NCBI GenBank assembly: GCA_965242925.1 | Contig: CBDEUM010000030.1 | Span: 224,001 to 288,000, forward strand | Reading direction: 5' to 3' | Origin: Roseibacillus sp. | Lineage (GTDB): Bacteria > Verrucomicrobiota > Verrucomicrobiia > Verrucomicrobiales > Akkermansiaceae | Length of the DNA stretch: 64,000 nucleotides | Shown here: positions 52,352-61,728 of the stretch, in pieces | How positions within the stretch are numbered: the first letter of the stretch is position 1 | How the letters are laid out: every line of letters starts with the position of its first letter | Translations under genes and position numbers: made by a program | Notes under the pieces: model-generated | Told to the model about the DNA's origin: nothing | Databases searched by the model: none | What the model saw: the letters and a program-made list of their open reading frames with translations, nothing else

Positions 52352-53075
52352 GCGAAACTGCTGGCGCGTTGGCCGCCCCCATCCCAAGCCCGATTGCATC
52401 TGAACTGCGGAATTTGCGGTGCGGATTCTCCTGCTCCCACTGGGACTGGCACTCCACTGTGAGGCGGGCAAAGGGGATTGCCTCCAGACGTGCCTGGGGA
52501 ATTTTCTTCCCTGAAATTCCACAAATCCCGTAATTACCCGCCGCAATACGCTCCAAGGCAGCGTGGATTTCCTGCACGGCATCCTGCTCCTTGGAGAGGA
52601 GATTGAGGGCAAAATCGCGATCATAGGCGTCACTACCGGCATCCCCCTGGTGCATACCGCTCCCCGAGGAATCATTGCCAGAGGGCCCATTGCGCAACGC
52701 CTCCTGCTGCACACCATACATCGCGTCCATCAGTTCGTCCTGCAGGTCAAGGAGGCGCTGGCGCTGCTTCTTGACAAAGTTGGTGAGCTTCACCCGTTTC
52801 CTGGGGGCAGCCTTTTTGGCGGGCGTTTTCTTCGCTGCCTTCTTGGCGGGCGCCTTTTTGGCGGGCGTTTTCTTCGCTGCCTTCTTGGCGGGCGCCTTTT
52901 TGGCGGGCGCTTTCTTCGCTGCCTTCTTGGCGGGCGCCTTGGCGGGCGCTTTCTTCGCTGCCTTCTTGGCGGGCGCCTTTTTGGCGGGCGCTTTCTTCGC
53001 TGCCTTCTTGGCGGGCGCCTTTTTGGCGGGCGCTTTCTTCGCTGCCTTCTTAACTGCCTTCTTCTTCGTCGCCAT
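52335..53075 (-). CDS. dksA: DksA/TraR-family transcription factor with a histone-H1-like Lys/Ala/Pro N-terminus
   Basis: Coiled-coil tip HQGDAG and [36 protein letters not shown]. Confidence 0.88.
   Translation of the reverse strand: MATKKKAVKKAAKKAPAKKAPAKKAAKKAPAKKAPAKKAAKKAPAKAPAKKAAKKAPAKKAPAKKAAKKTPAKKAPAKKAAKKTPAKKAAPRKRVKLTNFVKKQRQRLLDLQDELMDAMYGVQQEALRNGPSGNDSSGSGMHQGDAGSDAYDRDFALNLLSKEQDAVQEIHAALERIAAGNYGICGISGKKIPQARLEAIPFARLTVECQSQWEQENPHRKFRSSDAIGLGMGAANAPAVSLDARA
52803..53051 (-). repeat. Coding tandem repeat, about 6 x 42 bp ([14 protein letters not shown])
   Basis: Near-identical DNA units; one unit lacks one codon and two carry an A-to-T residue change. Confidence 0.93.
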
Positions 53076-53270
53076 AGGGTTGTTGAATACGAAAAGTGCG
53101 CTCCAGGCCCAACCGGCAGAACCATTCCCCGGTGGGAGGGCGGGAGTGCCTACTGGCTTTCACCAGACGCTGCAAGTGGAAAGTGTCTCGATCATCCTTT
53201 GATATTCACAATTTCCAGACTGTCCTTACGCTTGAATTTGACCCGCACCCTCTTACCTTTCCAGCGTCCT

Positions 53271-54032
53271 ATGGATCTATCCGCGGTCATTGAATCTCTG
53301 CTCTTCGCTTCTGAAGAACCTCTTCCCTCCCCGGAACTGGCCCGGTTGATCCGGGCCCGCCTCGCAGAAATCGAGGATGGCGTGGCAGACGAGGAAGAGG
53401 ATTACGGAAAGGCTGCCGAACTTGCTGATGACCTGAAAAAGCTGACCGCGATCGATGAAGAAACCGTCATCGAGGCCATCGCCTCTCTCAACAGAAAATA
53501 TGATCGAGGCAAGCGCTCCTTTTCAATTATCGAACGTTCCAGAGGCTGGAAGATCCTCACCCGTCCGGAATACGGCGGATTCGTCCGCCAGCTCTTTCCC
53601 GGTATCAAGCCACGCCGCCTGAGTCCGCCTGCGATGGAAACCCTCGCCATCGTGGCCTACCGCCAACCCGTCACCAAGGCCTCGATCGAGCACGTGCGCG
53701 GCGTGTCCTCGGATAGCATCCTGCAGAAACTCCTCGACCGGGAACTGATCAAGATCGATGGCCGCGCCGAACTCCCCGGACGACCGCTCCTTTACGCCAC
53801 CACTGAATTCTTCTTCGAGCACTTCGGTATCAAATCCATCAGCGAACTTCCCAATTCCGCTGAACTTCGCGCCGTCGAACTCCCCGAACCTCCCGGACAG
53901 GGGGGAGATGACGTAACTCAGGGGAGCAATGAGGAAAGTGACGGCGAAAAACAACTTGCCCTCGTGGAGCCTCCCATCGAACCCGCCGCCATCCAACAAC
54001 CTCCTCCTGATTTTTCGGCTCCTGGAAGCTGA
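53271..54032 (+). CDS. scpB: SMC-Scp complex subunit ScpB
   Basis: [34 protein letters not shown] and GRPLLYATT motifs. Confidence 0.94.
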   Translation: MDLSAVIESLLFASEEPLPSPELARLIRARLAEIEDGVADEEEDYGKAAELADDLKKLTAIDEETVIEAIASLNRKYDRGKRSFSIIERSRGWKILTRPEYGGFVRQLFPGIKPRRLSPPAMETLAIVAYRQPVTKASIEHVRGVSSDSILQKLLDRELIKIDGRAELPGRPLLYATTEFFFEHFGIKSISELPNSAELRAVELPEPPGQGGDDVTQGSNEESDGEKQLALVEPPIEPAAIQQPPPDFSAPGS

Positions 54033-54095
54033 TGGCGATGAGTGGCCGCGCTTTTCGGTTTAGAATTATGGAATTAGTCGCTAAAGCTTTCTCCG

Positions 54096-55166
54096 GTGTC
54101 CCTCGACGAGATCCGTAAACGTATCGACACGATCGATAAGCAGCTGCTTGATCTTCTCTCGCAGCGAGCTGATCTCGTGCACGAAGTCGGCCTCATCAAG
54201 AAGCGCGACGGTCTCCAGATTTATGCGCCCGACCGTGAGGAGGCCCTGTTGCGGAAACTCGTGGAAATGAACGAGGGGCGACTCCCGGAAAAATCCATCC
54301 GCTCCATCTACCGGGAAATCATGTCGGCGGCCCTTGCACTGGAGGAGGATCTCAAGATCGCCTACCTGGGCCCGGAGGGCACCTGGACTCACCAGGCCGC
54401 CATCAAGAAGTTCGGGCACTCGGTAAACTACACTCCTCATGCGAGTTTCTCCGACGTCTTCGACGATGTCGCCCGCCGCCGGGCCGATTATGGCGTGGTC
54501 CCCATTGAGAATTCCACCGAGGGCGCGGTCTCCCACACGCTCGACCTCTTCGTTGATTCGCCCCTGCGAATATGCGCCCAGATCCTCCTTCGCATCGACA
54601 ACAACCTGCTCGCCACTATCACCCGGGAGGAGGTTCGCACCCTCTATTCCCATCCCCAGGTCTTCGGTCAGTGTAAGAACTGGATTCTGCGAAATCTCCC
54701 CGAGGCGGATCTTGTGGAAGTCTCTTCCACCACCAAGGCCGCCCATCTCGCCCACGAAAACGCCGCTGAGGGTGCTGCTGCTCTCGGAGGGCGTCTCGCT
54801 GCCGAGCTGGCCGGGCTCAAGGTTCTCGACGAGGCCATCCAGGACCGGGCAACCAACACGACCCGTTTCCTGGTCATCGGCGAAAAGACCTGCCCGTCCA
54901 CCGGCAACGATCGCACCTCCATCCTCTTCTCGGTCCACGACCGCCCCGGATCACTCGTCGCAGCCCTCAAAGCCTTCGATTCCTTCGAGATCAATATGTC
55001 CAAGATCGAATCCCGGCCCTCAAAACAAAAGGACTGGGAATATATTTTCTACGTCGACCTCGCTGGTCACTGCGAAAACGGACAGGTGTCCTCCGCTCTG
55101 GAGGAACTCGAAAAACACTGTTCCCTGGTCAAACTACTCGGCAGCTATCCCGACAGCGCTGAATAA
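54096..55166 (+). CDS. pheA: Chorismate mutase/prephenate dehydratase (P-protein)
   Basis: Chorismate mutase N-terminus, LGPEGT, PIENSTEG, NTTRF and ACT-domain IESRP. Confidence 0.96.
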   Translation: MSLDEIRKRIDTIDKQLLDLLSQRADLVHEVGLIKKRDGLQIYAPDREEALLRKLVEMNEGRLPEKSIRSIYREIMSAALALEEDLKIAYLGPEGTWTHQAAIKKFGHSVNYTPHASFSDVFDDVARRRADYGVVPIENSTEGAVSHTLDLFVDSPLRICAQILLRIDNNLLATITREEVRTLYSHPQVFGQCKNWILRNLPEADLVEVSSTTKAAHLAHENAAEGAAALGGRLAAELAGLKVLDEAIQDRATNTTRFLVIGEKTCPSTGNDRTSILFSVHDRPGSLVAALKAFDSFEINMSKIESRPSKQKDWEYIFYVDLAGHCENGQVSSALEELEKHCSLVKLLGSYPDSAE

Positions 55167-55639
55167 CAACCAGGCATCAGAACCTTACCGAGTCTGCCGG
55201 AAGCGAAGCAACCATCCTGGAATCGCCACCTCAATAATACGTGGCCGTTAAAGATCGGGATTGGGCAATAAATCAGAAGCAGCGGAGATCACTTTTCCCG
55301 TATATATTCCCTTTGAAGGATTTGCGATCTCTTCGCCAACCCGGAAGCCAGTCGAGCCCTGAGCTTGGGCCTGAGCACTTTCGATATTTCCTAATTCTCT
55401 CATCGTAGGTCGTTTGCCTATCGGCCTGATCAGGTTAAGGGAAGTGGAACAATCTGGTTTCCTGAATTTGCTTCGAGATTGGCAGTTATCCAACAGGAAA
55501 GGCTTTCCCATAGTTGTTCTTGTGAATTTTTATAAGAAAGGGGATGTCTTTCTCCGTTCGAACTGATCAGCAAACAAAACATCGCCCTTTTCCTGCCTTC
55601 TGGAAGCACCCTGACAACTGCTGCGGTTCACCCCCAGAT

Positions 55640-55682
55640 ACCCCCTGATCGGAAGCGGAGACCGGTCGGGGGGTTGCCTTTT
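55640..55682 (+). terminator. Hairpin plus short T tract between pheA and the convergent kinase gene
   Basis: ACCCCCTGATCGG...CCGGTCGGGGGGT forms a 13-bp stem (2 G-U pairs on the + strand), followed by TGCCTTTT. Confidence 0.55.
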
Positions 55683-55693
55683 ACACTCCACCT

Positions 55694-57421
55694 CTAGGGC
55701 TCCAGAGGTTCAGGCCGCAACTTACCGTGATTGTATACTGCTGTTACCTCATCCGGATTCAATCGGCGCGGGAAGATCATGATTTCGTCGAGTGCTCCAG
55801 CAAGGTAACTTACAGTTCGACCTGCCTGAAAACGACCGAAGATGAGGGGTGCCCCATCAAAGTCCACCCGTCCCTCGAAGTGGATCTGCGAGACAGGCTT
55901 CCCATCGAGGTACAGAACGGAGAGCCTGGAGGTGGTATCGAAGGTGAAGGCGATATGGAACCACTGTCCGGAAAAATTCGTGGACATGACGTGGCTTAGT
56001 GGCACGGGCTTCCCTCCCCAGAAATCCTGCCGTAACTCGCGCTCGATGAAGATGAGATGGAAATACTGTCCCTCCTGTTCCGCCTTTCGTTGCCCGACGA
56101 GGCCCTGAACCCCTTCCAGTTCCGCGCGCACCCAGAGGGCAATCGTGAAACTGGAACTGGAGAGTGGCAGCGTTCCAGCCGGGACTTCAATCATGTCATC
56201 CACCCCGTCAAACAGCACTCCCATGCCACGTCGGCCCTGCGTGGATTGCACCCCGTGCAAGGTAGCGTTGATACCGTTGCCACTCTGATCGGAAACGCTT
56301 TCGCCATCAGCAACATCCTCAAAGGAGTAGTAGAGTGCCGAACCAGTCGGAAGAACCACGTCGGGAGATGCCGGGACCTCCTCCTCCGGGACTGGCTCCT
56401 TCGCTGCAACTGGCTCCTTCGCTGCAACTGGATCCTCCGCGACAACTGGAAGCTCCCCGGAGTTCTCCGTAGTCGCGTTTCTCAGGACTCCAATTGCAAT
56501 CAAGACGGTTCCGATCAACACCACCGCCGCTCCGCACAACGCCAGCATCGGCCCAAGGTGCTTCCTCCGTAAAAAGCGGAGCACCTCCAGTTCACGCGGC
56601 TGGGAAGCCGCAAACTCAAAATCTCGCTTGAACTCCGTGCAATCGTTGTAGCGGTTGTCGCGGTTGCGCTGCATGGCCTTGGCCAGCACCAGGTCGAAGC
56701 GTCCCTGCAATCCGGGATGGACTTCCCCGGGTGGCCGATAGTCCCCGCTGGGTCTCGTTCCGGTGAGCCCCTCGTAAGCCAGGACTCCCAGGGCAAAGAT
56801 GTCTGCGCGATGGTCAATCTCCACGTTCAAGTCCAGCATTTCCGGCGGAGCGTATTCGGGGGTGAGAAAGCGAGCCTCGTTCTGACTGCGCAGGTGATCC
56901 GGACCGCCCTGCGTCGCGCGGGCAAGGCCGAAGTCCATGAGTTTCACCACTCCCTCGCTATTCCACATGATATTCTCTGGCTTGACATCACGATGCACGA
57001 TGCCGTGGCGGTGAGCATACGCGAGGCCGTCACACGCCTGACAAACCAGGGCCACGGCCTCTTCCTCAGTCAGTGGTCCGGACTGAAACCGCGAGTGGAG
57101 AGTTGGTCCGTCGATCCACTCCAGAGCCATCCATAACAATCCGCCGGTCTCTCCAAAGTCGTAGAGTTGGGCAAGATTCGAATGATTGAGGCGCGCCATC
57201 GCCTTGGCCTCAAGCGAGAAACGGCTACGGAAATCCGACTCGCCCATATCGTATGGCAGGATCTTGAGGGCAACCTGCCGCTCAAGGTGACGCTGCACCG
57301 CGTAGTAGACCGCACCCATGCCGCCCCGCGCCACAAACCGCTGGACATCCAGCTGGGGCAGAACCTTCGTCAGTTCCTCGGGTGAAGGAACATCGAATTC
57401 AGGAAGAGGGGTGAGAGCCAT
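55694..57421 (-). CDS. Membrane Hanks-type Ser/Thr kinase with an extracytoplasmic LamG/concanavalin-like domain
   Basis: RGGMGAVY, VALK, HRDVKPEN, DFGLA and YAPPE; TM segment; LYYSFE...WFHIAFT...LYLDG...GALDEIMIF. Confidence 0.92.
   Translation of the reverse strand: MALTPLPEFDVPSPEELTKVLPQLDVQRFVARGGMGAVYYAVQRHLERQVALKILPYDMGESDFRSRFSLEAKAMARLNHSNLAQLYDFGETGGLLWMALEWIDGPTLHSRFQSGPLTEEEAVALVCQACDGLAYAHRHGIVHRDVKPENIMWNSEGVVKLMDFGLARATQGGPDHLRSQNEARFLTPEYAPPEMLDLNVEIDHRADIFALGVLAYEGLTGTRPSGDYRPPGEVHPGLQGRFDLVLAKAMQRNRDNRYNDCTEFKRDFEFAASQPRELEVLRFLRRKHLGPMLALCGAAVVLIGTVLIAIGVLRNATTENSGELPVVAEDPVAAKEPVAAKEPVPEEEVPASPDVVLPTGSALYYSFEDVADGESVSDQSGNGINATLHGVQSTQGRRGMGVLFDGVDDMIEVPAGTLPLSSSSFTIALWVRAELEGVQGLVGQRKAEQEGQYFHLIFIERELRQDFWGGKPVPLSHVMSTNFSGQWFHIAFTFDTTSRLSVLYLDGKPVSQIHFEGRVDFDGAPLIFGRFQAGRTVSYLAGALDEIMIFPRRLNPDEVTAVYNHGKLRPEPLEP
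56391..56431 (-). repeat. 18-bp direct duplication (PVAAKE x2) in the kinase linker
   Basis: ACTGGCTCCTTCGCTGCA occurs twice in tandem. Confidence 0.85.
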
Positions 57422-57739
57422 ATACTGTGCAGATCCTGCTCAATCACTTGTCCACGGACGTTTCTTCCAGGATCTCGATTCCAAGCGCACGATTGAGGAT
57501 CGGCGATCCCCCTGCCAGTAATCTACCCCTGCCATCTCTTAGGCCTGGGCAGCATCCAATTCCCAGCAGAATTGTCCACTCGAACCAATCGAAACTGGCT
57601 GGGCTGTCCATGATCAGAGAACCTCAATAAGGACTCGCCGATTGGACTCCGGCCTTCAGGGGTCGGTGAGCACTACCCCGTGGCCTGGATTTCTGCCGCC
57701 CGCCGGGGGGCATCAGGAACACTCCTCCGGCTTCACCTG

Positions 57740-59596
57740 TTAACCCTTTCCGGGCTGCTCCAGCAGCTCCCCGAGAAGTTCCGCCATGCCTTCGGAGACC
57801 TCTCCGGCATTCACCTCTAATCCGGCTTCCAACAGGGCGTGATCAGTCAACTGCCTGGCCACCATGGTAGCCAGGTCCCGCTGACTCTCCTGCAGTGAGG
57901 ACAGCCTGCGGATGAGCGGATGGCGAACGTTGATCTCAAGTTTGGCCTTCGTTTCCGGCATCTCCTGCCCCATCGACGCCATCATCGCCCTCATCTGGGC
58001 GTTGGGCGCGTCTTCCGGAAGCAGTGCCACCATCGGATGTTTCACCAGTCGCTTACCGGCATCCACTCGCGTCACGCGATCATCGAGGGTGGAATTCAAC
58101 CATGAAACAAGCCCTTCCGTTTCCTCCTCGGAGAGCGACTCACCATCGGACTCCTCCGGCAACTCTTCCAGTTCGATTCCGGCACGATTGGCGGCCACCA
58201 GCTTCTTTCCCTTGTACTCCCGCAGCGCCTCCAGCACATACTCGTCCACCGCTTCGGTGAAAAAGGCGACCTCCAGCCCACGGGCCCGGAACCCCTCGAA
58301 GAAGGGCCCCTTCTCAAGGGCCTCCCGGCTGGATCCCACCAGGAAGTAGATTTCTTCCTGTCCCTCCTTCATGCGATCGAGGTACCCAGTCAGGGAAGTC
58401 TGTTCATCACCCTCCGTCATGGAGGATCCAAATCGGAGGAGGCCCGCCAGGAGTTCCTGGTGTGTGGGCGAAGCCACGATCCCTTCCTTCAGGAACCGGC
58501 TGAACCGGTCATGGAATTCCCGGTAGCCCTCCGGGTCGGTCCCGGACTGCTTGTCCAGAAACTTGAGGTAACGCTTGGTGAGCACCTCGTTGAGCTTCCG
58601 CACGAGAGCACTGTCCTGCATCGATTCCCGCGAGATATTGAGGGGCAGATCCTCACTGTCGATGACTCCGCGAAGGAACCGCAACCACTCGGGCAGCAAG
58701 CCTTCCGGGTGCTGGTCGATCAGCACCTTGCGACAGTAGAGCGCCACTCCGGGAGGCTGTGCTCCCAGTCCCATGCGTTCCGCATTCTCGCCCGGCACAA
58801 AGAGCAACGCATTAATGGCCAGCGGTGCATCGGCCGAGAAATGCATGGTGTAACGCGGCTCGTCCATCGCATGCGCGGTGAACTGATAGAATTCCTTGTA
58901 CTGTTCCTCACTTACATCGCTCTTCGGCTTGAGCCAGATCGCCTCCACCGTATTGACCCGTTCACCATTCAGATTGACCGGAAAGCCCACGAAGTTCGAG
59001 TAGCGCTCGATAATGCCCTTCACCCGGTGTGTCTTTGCAAACTCCTCGTGCTCCTCCTTGAGGTGCACCACGATGCGAGCTCCCCGTCGCTGGCCTTCTA
59101 CCCCATCAATGGTATAACCACTCGCCCCGTCGCTTTCCCATCGCAGGTGCTCTCCTTCCTCCCGCCACGAGTGGGTGAACACCTCCACCCGATCCGCGAC
59201 CATGTAAGAGCTGTAGAAACCGACTCCGAACTGACCGATAACATCCGGCCTTGTTCCCTCCTTCATCTTTTCCAGGAAGGCCTTCGTGCCCGAGTGCGCA
59301 ATGGTTCCGAGATTTTCCACCAGTTCCTCCCGAGTCATGCCGATCCCATAGTCCGCAATCGTGATGGTCCTGGCCGTTTCGTCGGTGGTGATATTGATCT
59401 CCAGGGGGAGATCCCCATCAAAGATCTCATTTTCAGTCAATTGCGTCAGGCGCTGCTTTTCCAATGCGTCGGAGGCGTTGGAAATCAGTTCCCTGATGAA
59501 AATTTCGCGGTCAGTGTAAAGCGAATGGATGACGATATCCAGCAACTGCCGAACTTCTGCATGAAATTCTCTGGTCTCACTCTCCGTCTTACTCAT
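57740..59596 (-). CDS. htpG: Hsp90 chaperone HtpG
   Basis: FIRELISNASDAL, GTIAHSGT, IGQFGVGFYS and LPLNISRE motifs. Confidence 0.97.
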   Translation of the reverse strand: MSKTESETREFHAEVRQLLDIVIHSLYTDREIFIRELISNASDALEKQRLTQLTENEIFDGDLPLEINITTDETARTITIADYGIGMTREELVENLGTIAHSGTKAFLEKMKEGTRPDVIGQFGVGFYSSYMVADRVEVFTHSWREEGEHLRWESDGASGYTIDGVEGQRRGARIVVHLKEEHEEFAKTHRVKGIIERYSNFVGFPVNLNGERVNTVEAIWLKPKSDVSEEQYKEFYQFTAHAMDEPRYTMHFSADAPLAINALLFVPGENAERMGLGAQPPGVALYCRKVLIDQHPEGLLPEWLRFLRGVIDSEDLPLNISRESMQDSALVRKLNEVLTKRYLKFLDKQSGTDPEGYREFHDRFSRFLKEGIVASPTHQELLAGLLRFGSSMTEGDEQTSLTGYLDRMKEGQEEIYFLVGSSREALEKGPFFEGFRARGLEVAFFTEAVDEYVLEALREYKGKKLVAANRAGIELEELPEESDGESLSEEETEGLVSWLNSTLDDRVTRVDAGKRLVKHPMVALLPEDAPNAQMRAMMASMGQEMPETKAKLEINVRHPLIRRLSSLQESQRDLATMVARQLTDHALLEAGLEVNAGEVSEGMAELLGELLEQPGKG

Positions 59597-59617
59597 GATG
59601 GTAATTGAAACAGCCGG

Positions 59618-59646
59618 GGCCTAACCCGTTACGGCCAAGCTGTCAA
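59618..59646 (-). promoter_or_regulatory. Sigma70-like promoter of htpG
   Basis: TTGACA-17 nt-TAGGCC; no CIRCE element seen. Confidence 0.55.
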
Positions 59647-59693
59647 CAGGGGCTAACCCCTCTTCCTCAACAATACTCCTTCGATACCAAACC

Positions 59694-60335
59694 ATGCCCC
59701 GCGTCTGCATCACTGCCCAAGGCAAAAACGCCCAGCCCTACCGTTTCTCCCTTGATCGAAAGGTGGTCCGTATCGGTCGCTCCACCGACAACGACATCGT
59801 CATCGATTGTCCCTCGGTCTCCTCCCACCACTGCGAGATGAAACGCATCGACGGTGGCTATATTCTTGAAGACAAGGACTCAACCAACGGAATCAAGGCA
59901 GACGATGCCCGAATGGAGATCATCGACCTTGAAAACGGCCTTGATATTCTGGTCGGCGACGCCGCCCTAGACTTTGAGTTGACCGACAAGGAAAAGGACA
60001 CTCTGTCCGAGGAGGAACACGTTCCCAAGCAGCGCGCCCCTCTTCCCAAGAAAAAGAAGGACGGGAAGGCTTCGCCCAAGCGCCCGGCCTCACCTCTTCC
60101 CTCCCTTCCTGGTTCTCCCGGTGCCGTCACTCCTCTGGTCATTACCCCGACCACCTCAGGCGCAAACTTTGCCATTACAATCGGCCTTCTCTTCCTTGCG
60201 CTGATGGCCTTCTACTTCGGCCTCGCCAGCAAGCACCAGAGCAAGTATTCCAGATCCGAGTATGAGTCCAAGGGACTCTGGGGGGACATGTGGGACAAAG
60301 GACTACCCAGGAAGAAGCCTGACTCTTCCGAGTAG
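59694..60335 (+). CDS. FHA-domain protein with a C-terminal TM segment
   Basis: IGRSTDNDIVI...VSSHH...STNG; Pro-rich linker; TM segment. Confidence 0.9.
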   Translation: MPRVCITAQGKNAQPYRFSLDRKVVRIGRSTDNDIVIDCPSVSSHHCEMKRIDGGYILEDKDSTNGIKADDARMEIIDLENGLDILVGDAALDFELTDKEKDTLSEEEHVPKQRAPLPKKKKDGKASPKRPASPLPSLPGSPGAVTPLVITPTTSGANFAITIGLLFLALMAFYFGLASKHQSKYSRSEYESKGLWGDMWDKGLPRKKPDSSE

Positions 60336-60405
60336 GACCGGTCCAATCCGGAACCTTGTTTTTCGTGACAGGCGACGGCTATTTTCCAGCTTCCATACTG
60401 CCTGG

Positions 60406-61701
60406 TCAGGGCAAGGGATCCTTGATCTGGCCCGCGCCCCGCACGCGATACTGATAGGACGTCAACTCCCGGAGAGCCATCGGACCCCGGGCGTGCAATT
60501 TGTCGGTAGAGATCCCAATCTCTGCACCGAATCCGAATTCCTCCCCATCGCTGAAACGCGTGGAAACGTTATGAAACACGCAGGCGGAGTCCACCTCACG
60601 CAGGAAACGCTCAGCACTTGCCTCATCCTTCGTCACGATGCAGTCGGTGTGCTGTGATCCGTAGTGGTTGATATGCGCTACCGCCTCCGTCCCTGAACTG
60701 ACTACCTTAATGGCCAGAATATAATCAAGGTACTCGGCGCTCCAGTCCTCTTCGCTCGCCGCCACCACCTGGTCCCCAAGGATCGCCCGCGTCTTGGGAC
60801 ACCCCCGTAACTCAACCTGCCGGGCGGCAAGGCTTTGCGCCACTGCCGGCAGGAACTCACCCGCCAGCGCCTCGTGCACAAGCAATGTTTCCAGGGCGTT
60901 GCAGACGCTCGGTTTCTGCGTCTTGGCGTCAACCGTGATCTCCCCGGCCATCACCTGATCCGCCGCTTCATCCACGAATACATGGCAGATCCCATCGTAA
61001 TGCTTGATGACCGGCATCCGTGCCTGCGAAACCACCGCCTCGATAAGACCCTTGCCGCCCCGCGGGATGATGAGATCGAGATAGCGATCCATCGAGGCCA
61101 TCTCCTTCACGCTCTCCCGATCGGCAAAGGGAATCAACTGAATGGAGTGCGGTGGGAGCCCTTCCTTTTCTCCGCCCCCCTGCAGGGCCGCTGCTATCGC
61201 CCGGTTGGAGTGAATGGCTTCTGAACCACCGCGCAGTATGGTGGCATTACCCGACTTCAGGCACAGCACCGCCGCGTCACTCGTCACATTGGGACGACTC
61301 TCATAAATGATTCCGATCACCCCGATGGGCACCCTGATCTGTTGAATACGTATTCCGTTCGGGCGGGTGCGTTCATCGAGAATCTCACCGACAGGATCTG
61401 CTAGTCCGGCCACCTGCTCCACGCCCCCCGCCACGGCCTCGAGACGAGCCTCATCGAGGCGCAGGCGATCCAGCATCGCACTGGTCAACCCGTTCGCCTC
61501 CCCCGTCGCCAGGTCCCTGGCATTTTCCTCCAGGATCCCCGCCGACTGCTCCCGCAGTTCGGCAGCCATGGACTCCAACATGGCGTTCTTCTGCCGGGTG
61601 CTCAGGATCGCCAGGCTGTGTGCCGCCGTCCGCGCCTGCCGCCCCATTGTGAAGACGGCATCATGAATTTCCTCCGGGCTCAGTTCTCCGACCGCATTCA
61701 T
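60406..61701 (-). CDS. proA: Gamma-glutamyl phosphate reductase
   Basis: IIYESRPNVT, CNALETLL and EIGISTDKLHARGPM motifs. Confidence 0.96.
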   Translation of the reverse strand: MNAVGELSPEEIHDAVFTMGRQARTAAHSLAILSTRQKNAMLESMAAELREQSAGILEENARDLATGEANGLTSAMLDRLRLDEARLEAVAGGVEQVAGLADPVGEILDERTRPNGIRIQQIRVPIGVIGIIYESRPNVTSDAAVLCLKSGNATILRGGSEAIHSNRAIAAALQGGGEKEGLPPHSIQLIPFADRESVKEMASMDRYLDLIIPRGGKGLIEAVVSQARMPVIKHYDGICHVFVDEAADQVMAGEITVDAKTQKPSVCNALETLLVHEALAGEFLPAVAQSLAARQVELRGCPKTRAILGDQVVAASEEDWSAEYLDYILAIKVVSSGTEAVAHINHYGSQHTDCIVTKDEASAERFLREVDSACVFHNVSTRFSDGEEFGFGAEIGISTDKLHARGPMALRELTSYQYRVRGAGQIKDPLP

Positions 61702-61728
61702 GGTGAGACTGCTATAAAGGGAATTCCC

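Noticed and set aside
52803..53051. Tandem repeat considered as a CRISPR array
   Set aside because: There are no unique spacers, the unit length is a multiple of 3 and in frame within dksA, and no cas genes are present.
52563..53270. Apparent 236-aa N-terminal extension of ScpB with [14 protein letters not shown] repeats, and the Ala/Phe-rich ORF 52675-53202
   Set aside because: These are antisense shadows of the dksA repeat; ScpB homology begins at ATG 53271.
59597..59693. CIRCE/HrcA operator upstream of htpG
   Set aside because: No TTAGCACTC-N9-GAGTGCTAA match.
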